Below, piece by piece: positions 16,238-20,000 of a DNA stretch of 20,000 nucleotides. The DNA is from an uncultured virus (IMG/VR IMGVR_UViG_3300042346_000126) (lineage: Duplodnaviria > Heunggongvirae > Uroviricota > Caudoviricetes). The stretch lies in the IMG/VR virus record IMGVR_UViG_3300042346_000126; one strand, written 5' to 3'. Position 1 is the stretch's first letter; every line of letters begins with the position of its first letter. A program made the translations under genes and the position numbers. Under the pieces are notes generated by a model that searched no databases, was not told the DNA's origin, and was given only the letters and a program-made list of their open reading frames with translations.

Positions 16238-17056
16238 TCATAGTTGCGGACGTAAATCCCGGTAAAACTCATATATCCGGCGTAGTTCGTCCACCGTGGC
16301 GTCATTCTTTATCCGATTTGCCCGTTGCGATATCATGACTACATTTCCCTTTACGTAGCCCAGGTTAGAGTCAATCCGATCAAGCGACATAGCGTTATCG
16401 GCGGCGCCTCGGCTACCAGTTCCATAATTTAGCGGTATGCCTAGCACGGGGCAAGTTTCTGGCAGGGGGTATAGGTCGGAGATAGTCAGGTCAAAGTCTA
16501 CCCCTACCCGCTTCGCATTGTTACGTTTGTGCGTAATACGCTGCGTCAGCAGTAGCCGAAGCTCTGGGTTCTCCGCAATGGCTGCATGGTCTGCACCATA
16601 TTTAGATAGCTTCGCTGTGGCAAATGCCTCGGCCCGCGCCTCCATGCGCTCCGCCTTAGCGGACACTACCATACCGTGTCTAGCTAGCTTATCCACGATC
16701 TGTTTTATGCGCTGCCGACTAAGCCCATACCCAGCCCCAATGTCTGCATACACCCCGCCAGATTTCAGCTTTTCGTATATCTCTAGGTCTCTGGGTTTTA
16801 GCTTGTGTACCTTAGCGTTTGCGTTGTAGGCGTTATCCAGCCATTGGGCATCTTGCGTTTGGATAGCCTTGATAAGAATCTTGGGGTTGTACATCGTACC
16901 CGCAATGCGGTAATAGCTCTTACCGTTCATCTGAGCTACCGCCACAGGATCGCCGATTGTGTAACGCATATGAGCAACCCGTTTGGTATAGACGAGCACC
17001 CCGTCTTGAATAGCCAATATTGAAAGGAGCGTAGCGCCCGGAAGTCGTACTGCCAT
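16238..17056 (-). CDS. HTH plus HNH-like endonuclease domain protein
   Basis: YADIGAGYGLSRQRIKQIV (sigma70 region 4-like HTH); CPVLGIPL...SLDRIDSNLGYVKGNVVMISQRANRIKN (HNH-like). Confidence 0.8.
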   Translation of the reverse strand: MAVRLPGATLLSILAIQDGVLVYTKRVAHMRYTIGDPVAVAQMNGKSYYRIAGTMYNPKILIKAIQTQDAQWLDNAYNANAKVHKLKPRDLEIYEKLKSGGVYADIGAGYGLSRQRIKQIVDKLARHGMVVSAKAERMEARAEAFATAKLSKYGADHAAIAENPELRLLLTQRITHKRNNAKRVGVDFDLTISDLYPLPETCPVLGIPLNYGTGSRGAADNAMSLDRIDSNLGYVKGNVVMISQRANRIKNDATVDELRRIYEFYRDLRPQL

Positions 17057-17082
17057 GATAACCCTTTATAAAATGTAAAGGT

Positions 17083-17110
17083 ATTATACGAAGTGATTAC
17101 GTTTTGTCAA
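17083..17110 (-). promoter_or_regulatory. Consensus sigma70 promoter
   Basis: TTGACA-N16-TATAAT; perfect palindrome at 17115-17128 just upstream of the -35. Confidence 0.85.
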
Positions 17111-17132
17111 CGATAACTAATATTAGTTGTGT

Positions 17133-17153
17133 AAAAAGCCCCGTTTCCGGGGC
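17133..17153 (-). terminator. Intrinsic terminator (identical to 16209-16229)
   Basis: aaaaagccccgtttccggggc on the + strand. Confidence 0.85.
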
Positions 17154-17226
17154 TCGGGCTCCCCACCGTAGGTGGGGCTCTGGCTCGTCCAGCTTAGCGG
17201 CGGGCTATCCGATCATAGTTGTGGCA

Positions 17227-18036
17227 TTACAGTCCACGGCCTGCCTTATCGCTGAGCCGCACTATTGTCAGTACCCCAGTGCCGCGCTCAGAACTGCTAG
17301 TAAACCTCTTCCCTACCCGTGCGGCATACACATGCACCGCAGTCTGCGCCCGCTTAGCAAGTAACGCAGGGATACGCACAACGTCGCCGGGCTGCATATC
17401 TTTGAACGGCCACTTAGTACGCTCTGCCTGTGCCCTGTGGCTAGGGTGCATACGCTCCAACCGCTCCAGCATAGCCGCGCCACCCGGTATGATCTGCATG
17501 AACGGGGACTCTTGCACGGATACCGTAGGGGCCTCAACGATATCGGCAATCCGGGTCTCATGGTCTTGGTTGCGCTTAGAGGCCATCGCAGTGGCTACCC
17601 GGCTAGCCCGCAGGTCCATAAGCAAGGGAGTTACGTTGGTCGCCTTGGCAATGATGAGGTTCAGCGACTTGGCCTTATCCATCAAGACTTGCAGCGCCGT
17701 AGAGGACCCCGCCTGTGCAGCTAGGGTGTGCATATCCACGCCAAGCCCTGCGCTAACTAATATTAGTTGCTCCACGGGTGTGAACGCGATAAAGGCAGCA
17801 GGGGAGGGTAGCGCCGCAGGGAGGGGGGAATCGAACGTATCCGCAGCAGACAGCAGGCCCGCCAAGATGGGGGCCACCTCGTAGAACTCAGGGTCCTCAG
17901 GCGTGCCGACCATAAAGAAGTGCGTCCCGGCCTCAGTGCAGAGCCGCAGGCTAGTGAACGGCAGGTCCTCCGCAGGGGAGAACATGACCGTATCGTGTTG
18001 GGCGTTGATAGCGAAATTGGCAAAAGAGTAGAGCAT
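17227..18036 (-). CDS. Hypothetical protein with a small C-terminal putative DNA-binding domain
   Basis: 269-aa ORF; C-terminal KWPFKDMQPGD...KRF...IVRL resembles a widespread small phage domain (function inferred). Confidence 0.65.
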   Translation of the reverse strand: MLYSFANFAINAQHDTVMFSPAEDLPFTSLRLCTEAGTHFFMVGTPEDPEFYEVAPILAGLLSAADTFDSPLPAALPSPAAFIAFTPVEQLILVSAGLGVDMHTLAAQAGSSTALQVLMDKAKSLNLIIAKATNVTPLLMDLRASRVATAMASKRNQDHETRIADIVEAPTVSVQESPFMQIIPGGAAMLERLERMHPSHRAQAERTKWPFKDMQPGDVVRIPALLAKRAQTAVHVYAARVGKRFTSSSERGTGVLTIVRLSDKAGRGL

Positions 18037-18780
18037 GGCTAGGTAAAGTAGGTAATGTGGTTGAGGGAACTGAAGTGTATCACGATATGTGACCGATTGA
18101 ATTGTACCACGACTTCAGAGAGGATTGTCACTAGGATACCAATAAGCTTAGTCCTACTCGTTATGTAACTTTCAATGTAGAAACGTAACACGTAACTATT
18201 CGGGCTTACTTAGAAATGCCTTATAAATCAACGACTTGCAAGGGGGTAAAACGGTGTATGTATGTGAAGCTGCAAAGCGGTACGGCGTAACTTTTTCTGC
18301 CGGAGAGAGCTCCTGAGCGAGGTCTGAACATGGAATGTGTATTCAAATAACTAGTTTTGGAGAACTCGTGGTGCCCCGGAACTCGTGCAATTCCTATGGT
18401 TTTTTTTGTAGGGTACAGGCAGCACACAACAACAATACAATCTTATTTATTATTATTATTAGGGGTTTCTTGGTTTTTGTAACGCCTTTTCCTGCCGTTT
18501 TCCCCCCTTTTGTGCTGCTAGTAGCCGTGAATACCGTAGGTTGTAAGCGATATACCGTTCATGTAAGGAACTTCACGGTCAATTATCTCTAGCATTACAA
18601 AAGTAGATAATTGTAAGTTACAGAGGCTTACCGGTATAAATGGTCTATTTGGATACTCTCTCTTACCTATCACCCGTCCGCGCTAGCCTTTTCGTAGCGG
18701 TTACTACATTGTTCTGTCAACTAATATTAGTTGGACTCTTACCGCCACACGTCGTACACTCAACTAATATTAGTTCCCCG

Positions 18781-18813
18781 CTCACTCACTCACTCACTCA
18801 CTCACTCACTCAC
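18781..18813. repeat. (CTCA)8 microsatellite
   Basis: ctcactcactcactcactcactcactcactcac. Confidence 0.95.
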
Positions 18814-18850
18814 CTTGGCTACTATGACCAAGCCTGAAAAGTACAGGCGT

Positions 18851-18871
18851 AAAAAAACCGCCTTGCGGCGG
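18851..18871 (-). terminator. Intrinsic terminator
   Basis: CCGCC-gcaa-GGCGG-TTTTTTT after the stop at 18892. Confidence 0.85.
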
Positions 18872-18891
18872 CTGGTTGGGTAGAACTAATA

Positions 18892-19098
18892 TTAGTTGAA
18901 CCCTACTCTTGTGTCGTACATATCAGGCAACTCACTACCGTCTAACCATACCTTGCGGGTTACGGCGTCGTCCAGCCACGTCTCAAGCGCTTCACGCGTG
19001 GGCATTGAACCCACTGTCAGAACCGCGTCGCCATCCATCACCACGCCATCCCACTGCCCGGATGTTTTCTCAATCATAAGAGTTCTAATATTGGCCAT
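18892..19098 (-). CDS. Hypothetical protein (68 aa)
   Basis: Start MANIRT at 19098; stop codon inside the palindrome; followed by a terminator. Confidence 0.7.
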   Translation of the reverse strand: MANIRTLMIEKTSGQWDGVVMDGDAVLTVGSMPTREALETWLDDAVTRKVWLDGSELPDMYDTRVGFN

Positions 19099-19165
19099 TT
19101 GATTTTCTCTGTTACGTGCAAAGGCGCACTGCAAACCCCTGCAATCAGGGGTTCAGGGTAAACCC

Positions 19166-19693
19166 CTAGACCTTGAATGCTGGATCAATCACGCATGCCG
19201 CATCGATCAGGATGGATTTAATCTCCAACTGGTTAAGCAGCACCGCCTGCTCGATCGCTTTGCGAATGGTGTCCAGCAATGCCTTGTTATCCGTTGTACT
19301 TACTTTGCCCACACGAGCCTTCCCGCCTTTGGCTGCACCCTTAGACCAGGGGAGTGCTGGGAGTCCGCCTTTCTCTTCGCTCAAGAATGCGCTTGCATAC
19401 CATGCGACATCATGATAGTAGGCACGCATGGCGGACTGCGCGTAATTCGTTACGGTATTCTTTTCAATTAGACCTACCGCAACAGCATCAATGAATACTT
19501 GGCACGTGCGCACTTCCTCGCCAATAGACTTCACGCCTTCCTCATCACGTGTAACTCCGGCCACTGTGCATGCGTCCATATATTGGGCGAATGCTTGAGC
19601 TACGATGTCGCGGGCCTTACCGGCAGCCTTATCGGCTGCGGTTGTAGCGGTAATGATAGTGGAACCGAATGCGTTGAATGAAACTGTAGACAT
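19166..19693 (-). CDS. Hypothetical early protein (175 aa)
   Basis: AGGAG RBS before ATG 19693; promoter upstream. Confidence 0.8.
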   Translation of the reverse strand: MSTVSFNAFGSTIITATTAADKAAGKARDIVAQAFAQYMDACTVAGVTRDEEGVKSIGEEVRTCQVFIDAVAVGLIEKNTVTNYAQSAMRAYYHDVAWYASAFLSEEKGGLPALPWSKGAAKGGKARVGKVSTTDNKALLDTIRKAIEQAVLLNQLEIKSILIDAACVIDPAFKV

Positions 19694-19751
19694 GTGATAA
19701 CTCCTATGTAGGTAGTAGGTATGAAACAACCCTTAAACAACCGACACCCAT

Positions 19752-19780
19752 AATGTAACCCAAGTCCTATACATTGTCAA
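19752..19780 (-). promoter_or_regulatory. Sigma70-like promoter
   Basis: TTGACA-N17-TACATT; palindrome about 25 bp upstream (19805-19814). Confidence 0.65.
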
Positions 19781-20000
19781 GTTGCCTAGCTGGTCAAGCG
19801 TGAACTAATATTAGGTGGAATCGCGACCCCACCGTACCCCGGGGACCCTTTTGAGGGTTTGGAGTCCCCCCGCACAAATACACTGAGCGCAACACTCGCA
19901 GCTACTTCGCCACCTCACAACTAGACACTGCTCCGCGTGACTAGACAAAGATAAATATTCCCGATGTCCGAATTCGGACATTGCCCCACAGAAAGACCCC

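Larger units (their letters stand above)
4283..19814. repeat. Dispersed palindromic motif CTAATATTAG (16 exact copies)
   Basis: Starts at 4283, 7966, 9679, 11975, 12580, 13664, 14076, 14512, 14900, 16055, 17117, 17757, 18721, 18764, 18886, 19805; one-mismatch variants at 10827, 15696, 19085. Confidence 0.95.

Noticed and set aside
17219..17884. 221-aa + strand ORF
   Set aside because: Antisense shadow of the 269-aa minus-strand gene, which fits the terminator orientation
18692..18720. Sigma70 promoter at TTGACA 18715-18720
   Set aside because: No acceptable -10 hexamer at 16-18 bp spacing

Overview
A 20-kb segment of a tailed dsDNA phage (or prophage-like element) with essentially every gene on the minus strand. 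The left part (1-4.6 kb) is a replication/recombination module: partial SNF2-type helicase, two HNH nucleases, a Cas4/RecB-like PD-(D/E)XK exonuclease, a Leu762-type family A DNA polymerase, VRR-NUC and DUF3310. The middle (4.6-9.7 kb) holds small accessory genes and a MazG-like NTP pyrophosphohydrolase. The right part is an early-type region with a MoxR-like AAA+ ATPase / HExxH-VWA pair, sigma70-like promoters and intrinsic terminators. Two linked features stand out. (1) The palindrome CTAATATTAG (extended consensus AACTAATATTAGTT) occurs 16 times exactly: it supplies the stop codon of 7 genes, lies near promoters, and sits inside 3 CDSs as the codons CTA-ATA-TTA. (2) Five near-identical paralogous genes carry hypervariable arrays of a 12-bp unit (AA-x-x tetrapeptides; 19, 14, 13, 15 and 11 units) whose variation is almost all non-synonymous. 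All five end in the palindrome, and three form a tandem array of cassettes bounded by a 32-bp direct repeat containing stop codon, palindrome and RBS. This looks like a cassette-based expansion/diversification system. No integrase or reverse transcriptase is visible in the window, so the mechanism is inference. All protein family calls are from motif recognition by eye, not database searches.
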